Shown: positions 53,630-64,000, numbered from the stretch's first letter. The stretch: 64,000 nt of DNA from Anaerolineales bacterium (GCA_034430155.1 DAOUET010000001.1:342-64341); one strand, 5' to 3'. Numbers and translations: made by a program. Notes: a model not told the origin generated them from the letters alone.

Positions 53630-55996
53630 CTAGTCGCCGATTGCAGGAGAGGCTTTTGTAATTTCAGGTGCAGTTCTTTTGCTTTGCATAATCGCCCAGA
53701 CGAGTCCAGCAATTAAAAGCAAGATGGCGATCCATCCGATCAGTCCAAGGTTATCATAAGTTACCACGATTGGGGAAATAATCAGGGCAACCAGGTTCAC
53801 TACTTTTATCATGGGGTTAAGAGCTGGACCGGCGGTGTCCTTGAAAGGGTCACCAACTGTGTCGCCCACAACGCTAGCTTTATGTCGTTCAGAACCTTTA
53901 CCAAGGTTATTCGCAGGATCCCCCGGTTCATCTTCGATCAGCTTCTTGGCGTTGTCCCAGGCCCCTCCAGAGTTGTTTAAGAAAACTGCCAGAAGCTGCC
54001 CAGATAATATGATACCTGCCAGGAAGCCTCCGAGCGCTTCAACCTGCAGTACCAGACCCACGACGATAGGAGTCAGAACGCCAATGAGGGCTAGAGGAAT
54101 CAATTCCTTTTGGGCTGCGCTGGTAGACAAGGCTACGGCTTTGCCGTAATCTGGTTTGACTGTGCCTTCTAAAACGCCTAGCTTAAACTGGCGACGAACT
54201 TCTTGAATGATCAGCGAAGCTGCCCGGCTGACTGCTTGAATTGTGAAAGAAGAGAAGAGCCAGGGAACCGCGCCACCCACCAGCATGCCGACAAAGACGC
54301 GCGGCGCAGAAATGCGGATGCCATAAGCCAGAGCGAGCGGATCGACCCGGCTCACATCCGTAATAAACGATCCAAAGAGGGACACAGCCGCGATAACAGC
54401 TGAACCGATGGCAATACCCTTAGTGATGGCTTTCGTGGTGTTGCCGACCGCATCCAGATCGGCCATGATTTGTTGGGCAGCTTTTGTATCTTCATCCTCC
54501 TGGTCGTGCCAGGCCATTTGCCCAATACCATTGGCATTATCAGAAATCGGTCCGAAAGAATCCATGGCAACGTTATTGCCAGTGAGCGTAAGCATGCCAA
54601 TTCCGGTCAGAGCTACACCATAGAGTATAAAGGTGAATTGGGTTAACGGTTCAGAGGAAACGCTGCCAAAGATGAGAATTGAAGCGAAGATAGTGGCAGC
54701 GATCACGATGATCGACCAGACCGATGATTCAAAACCTGTCGAGACACCGGTGAGAATAAGGGTAGCGGTGCCTGTGTCAGCAGATTTCTTAATTTCTTTG
54801 ACTGGTTTGCTGTGCGTGCCGGTGAAATAATCCGTCAGTCGGTCGATCATGATAGCGAGCAGCACGCCCGCCGAAGTAGCCAGAAATGGCCGCCACCAAC
54901 CTCCCGTTACCCCCTGCATATAATACAACCCAATAGCGCCAAATAGAATTACCGAGATGCCAGCTGAAGAAAGGAAACCCGTGAAAATAGCTCGCATGGC
55001 ATCACCGCTTTTACCAGCACCTCCCCGAACCAGGTATGTGCCGAATATCGAGGCCACAACCCCGATGCCGCGCACAAGCAGGGGATAAATGATCCACTCC
55101 AGGCGACCGGTCAGCGTCGTTAACGCCACCCCTAATATCAGGCTGGAGACGATAGTCACTTCGTAGGATTCGAAGATATCAGCGGCCATCCCCGCACAGT
55201 CGCCGACGTTATCACCAACCAAATCAGCAATCACTGCTGGGTTGCGGGGGTCATCTTCGGGAATGCCGGCTTCGACTTTGCCGACCAAATCAGCACCGAC
55301 ATCGGCCGCCTTGGTAAAGATACCGCCACCTACTCGCATGAAGAGAGCCAGCAAGGTACCCCCGAAGCCAAAGCCTAGCAGGGCGTCTGGAGCGGCAATC
55401 CCAAATATGATGAAAATAATGGTGCCTCCAAATAATCCCAACCCATCCGTCAACATGCCCGTGATCGTGCCAGCGCGATAAGCGATTCGCAAAGCATCAC
55501 CGAAAGAATGACGAGCAGCAGAAGCAACCCGCACATTAGCCTGGACTGCCATGCGCATACCGATTTGGCCAACAGCCAGAGAGAAACCCGCCCCCATGAC
55601 GAAGGCCAATGCCCGGCCAATGCCAATAATCAAACGAATCTGGGTTTGTTCTGCAGCGATGAGAGCGTTCCCGCAAGTTGTTGCGATTTGTAGGGTAGCA
55701 CCCTTGAAGGCCATACAATACCATTCTGAGGCTTCTGGGGTGGGAGGCACGATAAAAACCGATGCAAACAAGGCGAGAGTGAGGATGGCTATCAAGGGTA
55801 AGATTGAATTGAGCTGCGATCGCAGGTATGCGTCAGCACCCTCCCTGATAGCATTCCAGACATCCAGCATAGCCCGGGTGCCTTTGTCTTCCTTCAAGAT
55901 CTGGTTCCGTAAGAATAGTGCATAGAGCAGACCCAAGACGGCAATTCCTAGCACGCTAAAAATTGCCACTCTCTCAAATTGCGATAGCCCAAACAT
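53630..55996 (-). CDS. hppA: Membrane-integral H+-translocating pyrophosphatase (K+-independent type)
   Basis: 788 aa and polytopic. GDNVGDCAGMAADIFESY and VGDTVGDPFKDTAGPALNPMIKV motifs are present. GNTTKAITKG carries the Lys associated with K+-independence. GGGAGGA RBS. Confidence 0.95.
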   Translation of the reverse strand: MFGLSQFERVAIFSVLGIAVLGLLYALFLRNQILKEDKGTRAMLDVWNAIREGADAYLRSQLNSILPLIAILTLALFASVFIVPPTPEASEWYCMAFKGATLQIATTCGNALIAAEQTQIRLIIGIGRALAFVMGAGFSLAVGQIGMRMAVQANVRVASAARHSFGDALRIAYRAGTITGMLTDGLGLFGGTIIFIIFGIAAPDALLGFGFGGTLLALFMRVGGGIFTKAADVGADLVGKVEAGIPEDDPRNPAVIADLVGDNVGDCAGMAADIFESYEVTIVSSLILGVALTTLTGRLEWIIYPLLVRGIGVVASIFGTYLVRGGAGKSGDAMRAIFTGFLSSAGISVILFGAIGLYYMQGVTGGWWRPFLATSAGVLLAIMIDRLTDYFTGTHSKPVKEIKKSADTGTATLILTGVSTGFESSVWSIIVIAATIFASILIFGSVSSEPLTQFTFILYGVALTGIGMLTLTGNNVAMDSFGPISDNANGIGQMAWHDQEDEDTKAAQQIMADLDAVGNTTKAITKGIAIGSAVIAAVSLFGSFITDVSRVDPLALAYGIRISAPRVFVGMLVGGAVPWLFSSFTIQAVSRAASLIIQEVRRQFKLGVLEGTVKPDYGKAVALSTSAAQKELIPLALIGVLTPIVVGLVLQVEALGGFLAGIILSGQLLAVFLNNSGGAWDNAKKLIEDEPGDPANNLGKGSERHKASVVGDTVGDPFKDTAGPALNPMIKVVNLVALIISPIVVTYDNLGLIGWIAILLLIAGLVWAIMQSKRTAPEITKASPAIGD

Positions 55997-56617
55997 TAGG
56001 TTCTGGTCCTCCCGTGATATTTTCTATTCTAATTGACGAATCAGACTGAAGTCGTACAATTGACATGGCAAGGTGTCATTCTGAGGGAGCAAAGCAACCG
56101 AAGAATCCCTGAATTGCTCGATTAAAACAGTCGTAACATGGACTCTTCGCTTCCTTAGGCGGTTTAGAGTGACATTAATATAGCAAATTGTCCGACTTTG
56201 TTTTGGTTGCTCCATAAGTAAAGATTTATTCGGTGAATTGCAGGAATAAGGCACGCTTCCATCCTCTCCGCTTTCCTCCAACGAGCGAGTTTCAGAAATA
56301 GGTTAGTTACATGCCCTCCTGTAAAGTGTTGGTGAGAGAAATGGATTGTGTACGCTTTCGCGTACAGAGAAGCGCAGGAAAACCATCTATCCAGCATCAA
56401 TACACCCGTCCTGAATAAAGGTTTCCATTCCGTGGTATAGCGGTCATCTGTGAGGGTTTAATCTGTCTCCAGACCATCATAGATACCCCTTTTATACTTC
56501 TTGCTGAACTTTTATCGGTAAACTCGACATATTGGACATTTTGATTTTACAAGCGAGAAGCAAAAGTGTCAAGAAGCGCAAATTAGATTAGCATTGTATT
56601 AGAACTAATTTTCACGC

Positions 56618-56647
56618 TTGACTTTGCTATCCCCTTTGTTGTATATT
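56618..56647 (+). promoter_or_regulatory. Sigma-70-type promoter candidate for the ABC operon
   Basis: TTGACT, an 18-nt spacer, then TATATT, ~200 nt upstream of the ABC ATPase start. Confidence 0.35.
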
Positions 56648-56725
56648 GATACTCGGAAATCGGTAGTGAAAGAGATAGAAGGAATTTCCTCAGAGTAGCT
56701 TGGCTACCAATAAACGCACAATAAG

Positions 56726-56765
56726 AGCACTGCCCTCCGTTGACGGGTGCCGTGCTTTTTGTTGT
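56726..56765 (+). terminator. Terminator-like hairpin inside the ABC-operon leader (possible attenuator)
   Basis: AGCAC..GCCC / GGG..GTGCT forms an imperfect stem followed by TTTTTGTTGTT, ~90 nt upstream of ATG 56852. Confidence 0.35.
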
Positions 56766-56851
56766 TAGCTTAATCGGACAAGTATAAAATTCTCAATTTC
56801 AGATGAAAGTGGATCAAGCAAATGGATAACAGCATCAAGGAGAGTAATTTA

Positions 56852-57829
56852 ATGATCCAGGTGGAAGGATTAACCAAGGATTATGGCATTCGACGGGCTA
56901 TCAATAATCTCACCTTTAACGCCGAGAGGGGTGAAATTCTGGGTTTCTTAGGCCCAAATGGGGCAGGTAAAACCACAACACTGCGAATTCTTTGCGGTTA
57001 TATGCCTCCTACCCTGGGGGTGGCTAAAGTGGCAGGTTTTGATGTGGTCGATGAATCGATTGAGGTGAGAAAGCGAGTCGGGTATTTACCCGAGACAGTA
57101 CCGCTTTATCCGGATTTGACGGTCTATGAATATCTGATGTACATGGCTGATTTACGCCACTTAGGGGATGCTGAAGATCGTATTGATGAGGTATTGGAAA
57201 TTGTCCACATGGAAGAACGGGCTGACGGTTATATTTCAAATTTGTCCAAGGGAATGCGCCAGAGAGTGGGTTTGGCACAGGCCCTGTTGCACGAGCCAGA
57301 GGTGCTGATCCTGGACGAACCTACCATCGGTCTTGACCCGGCTCAAATTCGCGATGTTCGTAACTTGATACAAGAGATTGGCAAGGAGCGTACCGTTCTG
57401 CTTTCAACGCATATATTGTCCGAAGCCCAGCAAGTATGCGATCGGGTTTTGATCATCAACAAGGGTCGCATTGTCACCGAAGATACCCCCCAACGATTGC
57501 AGGGGCGATTGACAGGCGCCCAACGGGTGATCCTGAAGATCGGTGGTGATGCAGATGGAATTGAAAAGCTTTTAGATAAAATCCCGGGGGTGGCGCGAGT
57601 AAGTAATGACTCAGAGGGTGAATTTGAGTTGGAGACAGCTCCCGGTCAGGACGCTCGCTCAGAGGTCGCCCGGGCGATTGTTGAAGGTGGGTACGATCTA
57701 TTGGAGATGAGGCCAGTAGGATTAAGCCTGGAAGATGTCTTCCTAGAGCTGACGCGGGAGGAGCCTACACCACCGGAGGTGGCAGAGGGTCTTATGGAAG
57801 AAGAGATTAGCGAAGAAATAGGAGAATAA
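56852..57829 (+). CDS. ABC transporter ATP-binding protein (GldA/ABC-2 type)
   Basis: Walker A GPNGAGKTT, signature LSKGMRQR and Walker B LILDEP. ATG 56852 is preceded by AAGGAG; the ORF track starts at 56822. The C-terminus has an acidic tail. Confidence 0.9.
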   Translation: MIQVEGLTKDYGIRRAINNLTFNAERGEILGFLGPNGAGKTTTLRILCGYMPPTLGVAKVAGFDVVDESIEVRKRVGYLPETVPLYPDLTVYEYLMYMADLRHLGDAEDRIDEVLEIVHMEERADGYISNLSKGMRQRVGLAQALLHEPEVLILDEPTIGLDPAQIRDVRNLIQEIGKERTVLLSTHILSEAQQVCDRVLIINKGRIVTEDTPQRLQGRLTGAQRVILKIGGDADGIEKLLDKIPGVARVSNDSEGEFELETAPGQDARSEVARAIVEGGYDLLEMRPVGLSLEDVFLELTREEPTPPEVAEGLMEEEISEEIGE

Positions 57830-57840
57830 GGGAAACTCTC

Positions 57841-58572
57841 ATGCGCAATATTTGGATTATTGGAAAGCGCGAATATAATTATTATTTCGCTTCGCCGGCT
57901 GCTTATATTGTGGCTTTTATTTTTCTGCTGGTCTTAGGCGTTATTTTTTATGCCAACGTGGCCGCAGCGTCGTTGCAACAACAAGCTCCTGGCGTGGATA
58001 TCGTGATTGGACCGATGATTACTTTACTCCTGTTTGGGACAGCTGCTATTACCATGCGCCTAATCGCTGAGGAGCAACGCATGGGCACGATCGAGTTATT
58101 GTTAACTGCCCCTATTCGAGATTATGAATTAATCATCGGCAAGTGGTTCGGTGGCTTTTTGTTTATGCTCACCCTGGTAGCGATCACATGGATTTTTCCT
58201 CTGATCTTGAATTTCCTGATAGATCCCGGCATTGATCAAGGTCCATTGATTTCGGGTTATCTGGGGGTGATACTTATCTGTGCGTCGCTTGTATCGATTG
58301 GGGTGGCGATTTCTTCTCTTTTTAGCAACCAAATCGCAGCCTTTTTCGCTACACTCGGAGTATTCCTGATCTTGTGGTTGGTCAATTTACCATCTCAAGC
58401 TATGGGCTCAACCGGAGGAAATTTGCTTTCATACCTGGATTTTAGCGAGCACTTTTTTAGCACCCTCTATCTGGGCGTGATCGATTTGAGAGATGTTGTT
58501 TATTATTTGAGCTTGACTGCTTTGTCGCTCTTCTTGGGTTCGGTTATCGTAGAAACAAGGAGGTGGCGATAA
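57841..58572 (+). CDS. ABC-2 type permease (GldF-like)
   Basis: 243 aa with six hydrophobic helices. EQRMGTIELLLTAPI is the ABC-2 family motif. Confidence 0.8.
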   Translation: MRNIWIIGKREYNYYFASPAAYIVAFIFLLVLGVIFYANVAAASLQQQAPGVDIVIGPMITLLLFGTAAITMRLIAEEQRMGTIELLLTAPIRDYELIIGKWFGGFLFMLTLVAITWIFPLILNFLIDPGIDQGPLISGYLGVILICASLVSIGVAISSLFSNQIAAFFATLGVFLILWLVNLPSQAMGSTGGNLLSYLDFSEHFFSTLYLGVIDLRDVVYYLSLTALSLFLGSVIVETRRWR

Positions 58573-60137
58573 TGAAAGGTCAATGGCGTAGATTTGCTCC
58601 GGCCGGTTTGTATATTGCGGTTCTGGCAGGATTGGTTTCTTTTGGGTTATATATCGTGCTTCGTAAGTTCACCCTGCCCCTGCAAATCAGCCTGGGGATG
58701 GTTGTAGTCGGTGTGGCCTTGTTCGCAATCCTGGACCCGGAACGGGTGCGGATAGCCCTGACCGGTCGCCAGGCGCGTTACGGAAGCAATGCACTGGTAA
58801 TGACGCTGGCGTTCACCGGAATCTTGGTGGTGGTCAATTATCTGGTATATGGCCACCCGCAACGTTGGGATTTAACCGAGAACAAGCAGTTCACCTTGGC
58901 GCCAGAATCGATTGCAACCCTCGCGGAATTGCCTCAGAAGGTCCAGGCGCTGGCGTTCTTTACACCGCGTTTCAATTCCGAAACAGCTCAGGGGCTGCTC
59001 GACCAGTATAAATTCCGCGGTAACGGAAATTTCGATTATATATTTGTAAATCCGGAGGCTGATCCTATCCTTGCTCAGCAGAATAATATCACCCGTGACG
59101 GAACAATTGTTCTGCAAATGGGAACTAAACAAGAGCAAGTTACGTTAATAACTGAACGGGAGCTCACTGCGGGGTTGGTGAGGTTGATCAGCACCGGACC
59201 AAGAACGATTTATTTTCTAACTGGACATGGCGAATATAGCCCGGATGAAAGTGGTGATCGCTCATACAGTCAGGTCAAGACCATCCTAGAATCCAAGAAC
59301 TATACTGTTAAATCTTTTAACTTGTTGGCTGAGAATAAGATCCCTGAGGATGCCCAGGTAATTGTGATCGCCGGACCCATGAAGCCGGTGTCCCAGGCTG
59401 AGGTTGAGCAATTGAAGTCTTTTGTGGATGGCGGTGGTAAATTGACCGTGATGGAAGAGCCCTTGCCGGTGACGGACTTTGGTCAGGAACCTGATCCACT
59501 GGCGGCTTATTTAACTCAGAGTTGGGGTATTACTTTAGGTAAGGACATCGTGGTAGATCTGACCTCCAACCAGCCCTTTTTTGCAGTAGCTAACCAGTAT
59601 GGAGATCATCTCATTACGCAAAAGATGCAAGGGATAGTGACTTTCTTCCCAACCGCACGCAGCGTGACAATTGATACGGATCAGTCCGGCAGTAACGATG
59701 TGGAATTGGTATTTACTGCTGACCAATCTTGGGCAGAGACGGATCTGGCAGCGCTGGCTGATAACTCTCAAGCCGGTCAATCTCTCCAGGTTAATCCTGA
59801 CCAGGGAGTGGATTTGATGGGCCCGGTTTCGATTGCGGTGTCAGGTGAAAACCTGAGTAATAACAGCCGGGTGGTAGTATTTGGCGACGCGGATTTTGCC
59901 TCCGATAATTTTTATAACCAATATGGAAACGGTGATCTGCTGGTAAATGCGATAGATTGGGTGGATGAACAAGAGAATCTGATCAACCTGACACCTAAGG
60001 ATAATGTCCAGAGGTTATTGATACCACCTCAACCGTACGCCATGAACCTTATCTTGTTAGGGTCGGTATTTATTTTGCCAGGCTCAGTATTACTGGCAGG
60101 TGTTGTGGTCTGGATCCAACGGCGACGAAGAGGATAA
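58572..60137 (+). CDS. GldG-like ABC transporter auxiliary protein
   Basis: N- and C-terminal TM anchors flank a large extracytoplasmic domain (ABC_transp_aux-like: DLTENKQFTL...FLTGHGE). ATG 58572 overlaps the permease stop (TAATG) and is preceded by AAGGAGG. Confidence 0.8.
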   Translation: MKGQWRRFAPAGLYIAVLAGLVSFGLYIVLRKFTLPLQISLGMVVVGVALFAILDPERVRIALTGRQARYGSNALVMTLAFTGILVVVNYLVYGHPQRWDLTENKQFTLAPESIATLAELPQKVQALAFFTPRFNSETAQGLLDQYKFRGNGNFDYIFVNPEADPILAQQNNITRDGTIVLQMGTKQEQVTLITERELTAGLVRLISTGPRTIYFLTGHGEYSPDESGDRSYSQVKTILESKNYTVKSFNLLAENKIPEDAQVIVIAGPMKPVSQAEVEQLKSFVDGGGKLTVMEEPLPVTDFGQEPDPLAAYLTQSWGITLGKDIVVDLTSNQPFFAVANQYGDHLITQKMQGIVTFFPTARSVTIDTDQSGSNDVELVFTADQSWAETDLAALADNSQAGQSLQVNPDQGVDLMGPVSIAVSGENLSNNSRVVVFGDADFASDNFYNQYGNGDLLVNAIDWVDEQENLINLTPKDNVQRLLIPPQPYAMNLILLGSVFILPGSVLLAGVVVWIQRRRRG

Positions 60138-60141
60138 CGAG

Positions 60142-60726
60142 ATGATACGCCGGACTACCTGGATACTGGTAGCGATATTCGTGGTGTTAATCGCGGTGGC
60201 CTGGATTTTGCAACGATCTTCGAACAGCAGCGAGGCAGGAGCAACTCCCACTAGCGAGGTTTCCTATTTATTCAATACAGGAGATCACTCTATTGTGGAG
60301 ATGAGAATCTCTAATGCTGCAGGAGATGCTGTCGAGATGAAAATGAACCCTGATGGGTCGTGGAATCTGGTCCAACCGCAGGATAAAGAAGCTGATACCA
60401 GCCGAATCGAGTCGGGCATTTCTCAATCTGAGGGCTTACAAGTTGTATCCAGCCTGGATACTGGACTTTCCTTGGATGTGATCGGTCTTGATCCCGCTGC
60501 TTATGAGATATCGGTGATATATGAGGATGCCAGTAGCCAATTGGCATTGATAGGCGACAAAACACCCACTGGAAGTGGCTATTACGCCAAATTGGTTGAT
60601 GGACCCATTCAAATTGTAAGCCCTTTCAGTATGGATGGAATCCTCGATCTATTGAAGGATCCGCCTATCCAGCCTACTCCTACCCCTTCCACTGAACCAG
60701 GGGCTACGCCATCAATGGAACCTTAA
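60142..60726 (+). CDS. DUF4340-like membrane-anchored protein
   Basis: ATG 60142 (MIRRTTWILVAIFVVLI) gives an N-terminal anchor. The position right after gldG is the usual DUF4340 context. The C-terminal tail is Pro/Thr-rich. Confidence 0.6.
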   Translation: MIRRTTWILVAIFVVLIAVAWILQRSSNSSEAGATPTSEVSYLFNTGDHSIVEMRISNAAGDAVEMKMNPDGSWNLVQPQDKEADTSRIESGISQSEGLQVVSSLDTGLSLDVIGLDPAAYEISVIYEDASSQLALIGDKTPTGSGYYAKLVDGPIQIVSPFSMDGILDLLKDPPIQPTPTPSTEPGATPSMEP

Positions 60727-60920
60727 TTTTAAGAAAAGGAAATCATAAGAAATTGGGTATTGATTTTCGATATAAAATCATGTATTCTGAGAGGGATTAA
60801 GGGTGAATTGGGTAATTAATTTGCAGACAATCCATGTGAACTCCTTCAAAAATCCCATGGTGTGGTCACAAATTAGTTATGGGTTACTAGCTCCTGGACG
60901 TATGGGGCTATGGAGATAAG

Positions 60921-62138
60921 ATGATAGACGAAGAATTATTGGATGCAATAGATGAACGAGATGATGAATATCCTGCCATAGCCCGGTTGATTGAAATGGG
61001 CAGGCAGAAATCTTATGTGACGATTGATGATATTCTTCGCTTCTTCCCAGAAGCCGAGCGAGATGTAGATCAGTTAGAAGAGGCTTTTGCTGCACTGATA
61101 AGCGCCGGTATCCCCTATGTAGATGATGCCACCATTGGCGGTCCCTCAGACGAGGAATTAGCTGAGGAGGAAGAGGCTGAAGAAGAATCTCAGCCCGATC
61201 TTTCAATCGACGACAATTACCTGTCGAATATTGACACAGACGACACGATCGGTTTGTATCTCAAAGAAGTTGGACGAGTACCTTTGCTCACAGCACAGGA
61301 AGAGGTCGAGCTGGCTCAAAGGATCGAACAGGGCCGCTTTTCGCGCGAGGAGCTGGCTCGAGGCAATGTCAGCTACAGACGGCGACGTGAGTTGCAGATC
61401 ATGATAGAGGATGGCTGGGCAGCCCGTGAGCATCTCATCACGGCCAACTCGCGATTGGTTATCAGCGTGGCTAAGAAGTATATGGGCCGGGGTGTGCCTT
61501 TCCTGGACCTGATCCAGGAAGGCAACATCGGTTTGATACGCGCCTCCAAGAAGTTTGATTACCGGCGGGGACACAAATTCAGCACGTACGCCACCTGGTG
61601 GATACGGCAGGCAGTTACGCGGGCGATTGCCGATCAGGGTCGCACGATCCGCGTGCCGGTGCATATGGGCGACCAGATCAACAAGCTCCTGCGCATTCAA
61701 CACCAGCTTACCCAAAAACTGGGACGTGACCCTACCGTGGAAGAGCTGGCAGGGGCCTTGGACGTTACCCCTCAAAAAGTGGAAAATATGATCCAGGTGG
61801 CGCGGCGACCGCTTTCCTTGGAAACCCCCACCGATGACGAGGAAGATTCAGTGCTTGGGGATTTCATCCAGGATGAGGAAATTCCCGCACCTGACGATAC
61901 CGCCACCTATAACCTGTTACGTGAACACCTCGAGAGTGTGTTAGATGGTCTGCCGCCGCGTGAAGTTCGTATACTACAACTGCGCTACGGGCTTCTCGAC
62001 GGGCAGGCTTACACTTTGGAAGAAGTAGGGCGCAAGATGGGCGTTACCCGTGAGCGCGTTCGCCAGATCGAAGCGCAAGCGCTCAGCCGCTTGCGGCACC
62101 CGACCATACGCCGCAAATTGCGAGAATATCTGGGGTAA
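60921..62138 (+). CDS. sigA: Primary RNA polymerase sigma factor (sigma-70 family, group 1)
   Basis: 405 aa. Acidic region 1, region 2 ([40 protein letters not shown]), region 3, and region 4.2 ([28 protein letters not shown]). Confidence 0.95.
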   Translation: MIDEELLDAIDERDDEYPAIARLIEMGRQKSYVTIDDILRFFPEAERDVDQLEEAFAALISAGIPYVDDATIGGPSDEELAEEEEAEEESQPDLSIDDNYLSNIDTDDTIGLYLKEVGRVPLLTAQEEVELAQRIEQGRFSREELARGNVSYRRRRELQIMIEDGWAAREHLITANSRLVISVAKKYMGRGVPFLDLIQEGNIGLIRASKKFDYRRGHKFSTYATWWIRQAVTRAIADQGRTIRVPVHMGDQINKLLRIQHQLTQKLGRDPTVEELAGALDVTPQKVENMIQVARRPLSLETPTDDEEDSVLGDFIQDEEIPAPDDTATYNLLREHLESVLDGLPPREVRILQLRYGLLDGQAYTLEEVGRKMGVTRERVRQIEAQALSRLRHPTIRRKLREYLG

Positions 62139-62162
62139 TTCGGAAGAATCGAAGCCATGTCT

Positions 62163-62193
62163 AAAAAGGGCAGCCTTAAAAGCTGTCCTTTTT
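62163..62193 (+). terminator. Intrinsic terminator of sigA
   Basis: AAAAAGGGCAGC - loop - GCTGTCCTTTTT, a 7-bp GC stem with one G-U pair followed by a T-run. Confidence 0.7.
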
Positions 62194-62345
62194 GTAATTA
62201 ATTTCCTTTACCTCAGACTTTATAATTAATTTTCATGGATTCCCGGGAAAGATACCCCTGGAGAGCAAAAAGGGGTAGGTTTGGGAATTGTGGGATATTT
62301 CTATGGTGGTCTGCGCCAGGTTGATCAGCCAGGGAGCAACACCCC

Positions 62346-63938
62346 ATGCAGGATAAGCGCGTATCATGGGGGGGCTTCGCCTTGCCGTCTTTGCAGGATG
62401 TCGTGTTTATCAGCTTGTTCCTGGGAGTGGTGGGATTGGGACCGGGCTTGCTGAACATCGACGGCGACCTCGGCCGCCACTTGACGATCGGCAATTATAT
62501 CCTCACCAACCATACCATCCCAACCATTGACTCCTTCTCGCATAGCATGGCTGGACAGGCCCTGACCCCGCACGAATGGCTGGCGCAGCTAGCCATGGCG
62601 CTGGCCTACAGGGCAGGGGGATTGAACGGCGTGGTCTTGTTTTCAGCTTTGCTGATCGCTATTACCTTTACGATGACTTTCCGGCAATGCCTTAAGCGCT
62701 CGCGATATTCCTCCATCTCTTTGGGTTTGACAATTCTGGCAGCGGCTGCCGCCAGCTTGCATTGGTTGGCGCGCCCCCATTTATTCACCCTGCTGCTGGT
62801 AGTCCTATGGACCGGCAACCTGGAGCGCTTGCGCCGGGGCCAGGGATTCCGCTGGTGGATAGCGCCCTTGTTGATGATCTTGTGGGCCAACCTGCATGGC
62901 GCTTTTCTGGCTGGTTTTGTCTTGTGGGGGATTTATCTGTTGGGCGAACTGTGGGACGGCTGGCTCAAACGGGCAGTCCGCATGGATGGGTTGGGAGGTC
63001 CCCAAAACGAGGAGGTGGGCACATCTGGGGATCAGTATCTTCGACCGGATTTCAATGCGCTAAAAGTCAAAAGTCAGTTGAAGGATTACCTGCTCCTGGG
63101 AGTTTTATCGTTCGCGGTGACGTTCCTCAACCCATCGGGATGGCATTTGTGGGGCACCAGCCTGGGCTTCTTGCAGAACCGCTACCTGGTCAGCCACACA
63201 GCCGAGTATCTACCCCCTAATTTTCAGGAACCCAGTAGCTGGCCTTTCTTGGGGTTGATCGTGTTGTCGATCCTGGTGGTGGGCAGGGCGGGAAAATCTA
63301 TCAACGGGGCGCATCTATTGCTATTGGGCGCCTGGACGGCCATGGGGCTATTCAGCGCCCGTAACATCCCGATCTACGCCGTGCTGGCGGCGCCGGTTCT
63401 GGCAGAAGCAGCTGGTGATCGTTTAAGCCAGGCGCATGGGTTTGCCGGAATAAAAAACCTCGAGGGGCGCATAGCCACTATTCAAGCCAGTCTGCATGGT
63501 TATGCCTGGCCGGTGATGGCGGTTTTGGGGGTGGCGCTGGCGCTCTCCAATGGGGTGCGCTTGGATTTCAGCCGGCAGGGAAACCGATTTTCACCCCAGG
63601 TCTTCCCGGTCGAAGCGGTGGATTATCTGGAAAACCACCCGGTAAGCGGGCGCATGTTCAATTACTTCCCCTGGGGCGGCTATTTGCTCTACCGGCTGTG
63701 GCCAGACCAGAAAGTATTCATCGACGGGCAGACCGACTTCTACGGCGAGGCGCTGACGCGCCAGTACGAGCAGGTGATCACGCTTTCGCCGGGCTGGCAG
63801 GAAGTGTTGGAGCAGTACCAGGTGGAATGGGTAATAATGCCTGCGGATTCGGAATTGGGGAGGGCGCTCCTTGATGAAGCGGGATGGCGGGAACTGTACG
63901 GAGACGAAACGGGGAAGATTTTGGGTAAAAACCAGTAG
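62346..63938 (+). CDS. Polytopic membrane protein, possibly a GT-C-type glycosyltransferase
   Basis: 530 aa with ~11 predicted helices in the first 380 aa and a soluble ~150-aa C-terminal domain. An Asp-containing first loop (NIDGDLGRH) is reminiscent of GT-C enzymes. The functional call is weak. Confidence 0.55.
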   Translation: MQDKRVSWGGFALPSLQDVVFISLFLGVVGLGPGLLNIDGDLGRHLTIGNYILTNHTIPTIDSFSHSMAGQALTPHEWLAQLAMALAYRAGGLNGVVLFSALLIAITFTMTFRQCLKRSRYSSISLGLTILAAAAASLHWLARPHLFTLLLVVLWTGNLERLRRGQGFRWWIAPLLMILWANLHGAFLAGFVLWGIYLLGELWDGWLKRAVRMDGLGGPQNEEVGTSGDQYLRPDFNALKVKSQLKDYLLLGVLSFAVTFLNPSGWHLWGTSLGFLQNRYLVSHTAEYLPPNFQEPSSWPFLGLIVLSILVVGRAGKSINGAHLLLLGAWTAMGLFSARNIPIYAVLAAPVLAEAAGDRLSQAHGFAGIKNLEGRIATIQASLHGYAWPVMAVLGVALALSNGVRLDFSRQGNRFSPQVFPVEAVDYLENHPVSGRMFNYFPWGGYLLYRLWPDQKVFIDGQTDFYGEALTRQYEQVITLSPGWQEVLEQYQVEWVIMPADSELGRALLDEAGWRELYGDETGKILGKNQ

Positions 63939-64000
63939 AATGTAGTTTCACTCAATGAAAGGATTAATCATTTCGGGTAATATCATGAAAAATAATTCTA

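Noticed and set aside
56024-56400. Two overlapping minus-strand ORFs (85 and 78 aa) in the long gap upstream of hppA, plus the segment GTCATTCTGAGGGAGCAAAGCAACCGAAGAATCC.
   Set aside because: I saw no RBS, no recognisable protein motif and poor coding-like composition. The segment resembles a short hairpin-forming sequence I have seen scattered in other genomes. With a single copy here, I cannot call it a repeat element.
61203-61775. 190-aa minus-strand ORF.
   Set aside because: It is antisense to sigA, whose regions 2-4 are unmistakable.
62762-63220. 152-aa plus-strand alternative-frame ORF, plus 62606..62890 and 62805..63005 on the minus strand.
   Set aside because: They are embedded in the 530-aa polytopic membrane protein gene. 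The main frame gives coherent TM helices and the alternative frames do not.

Overview
This is a densely coding 64-kb chromosomal window of about 50% GC by eye, dominated by housekeeping genes. The protein sequences feel Chloroflexota/Anaerolineae-like, which I cannot verify here. Plus-strand genes, left to right: ino1, yebC, ruvC, ruvA, proC, an M42 aminopeptidase, an F1-only ATP synthase cluster (atpA-atpG-atpD-atpC) followed directly by mreB, obg-nadD, a VWA-domain membrane protein, an HD-GYP protein, two tandem paralogous LGFP-like lipoproteins, a gldA/gldF/gldG-like ABC system with a DUF4340 protein, sigA, and a polytopic membrane protein. Minus-strand genes: a beta-lactamase-family lipoprotein, tRNA-Pro, rex, a REC+CpaE-like ATPase, a 788-aa lipoprotein, tRNA-Arg, a TIGR03960/TIGR03936 radical-SAM pair, ndk, a TPR/acidic-repeat/ComEA-HhH protein, and a membrane pyrophosphatase. 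The most notable feature is a co-directional minus-strand supercluster (28095-45665). It runs rpoN (with a Zn-ribbon insertion), a PAS/GAF histidine kinase, a sigma-54 activator with no DNA-binding domain, a 452-aa TIM-barrel-like protein, ftsZ, four small or membrane proteins, a ~1875-aa TPR protein, and a TPR + gingipain/caspase-like (clan CD) peptidase. Three full matches to the sigma-54 -24/-12 consensus (TGGCAY-N5-TTGCA) lie on the coding strand at the rpoN, 452-aa-gene and ftsZ junctions. This suggests a locus-encoded sigma-54 circuit that includes a cell-division gene. I saw no CRISPR array, rRNA, transposase, integrase or phage genes. All calls come from reading the sequence and the ORF translations; no database search was possible.
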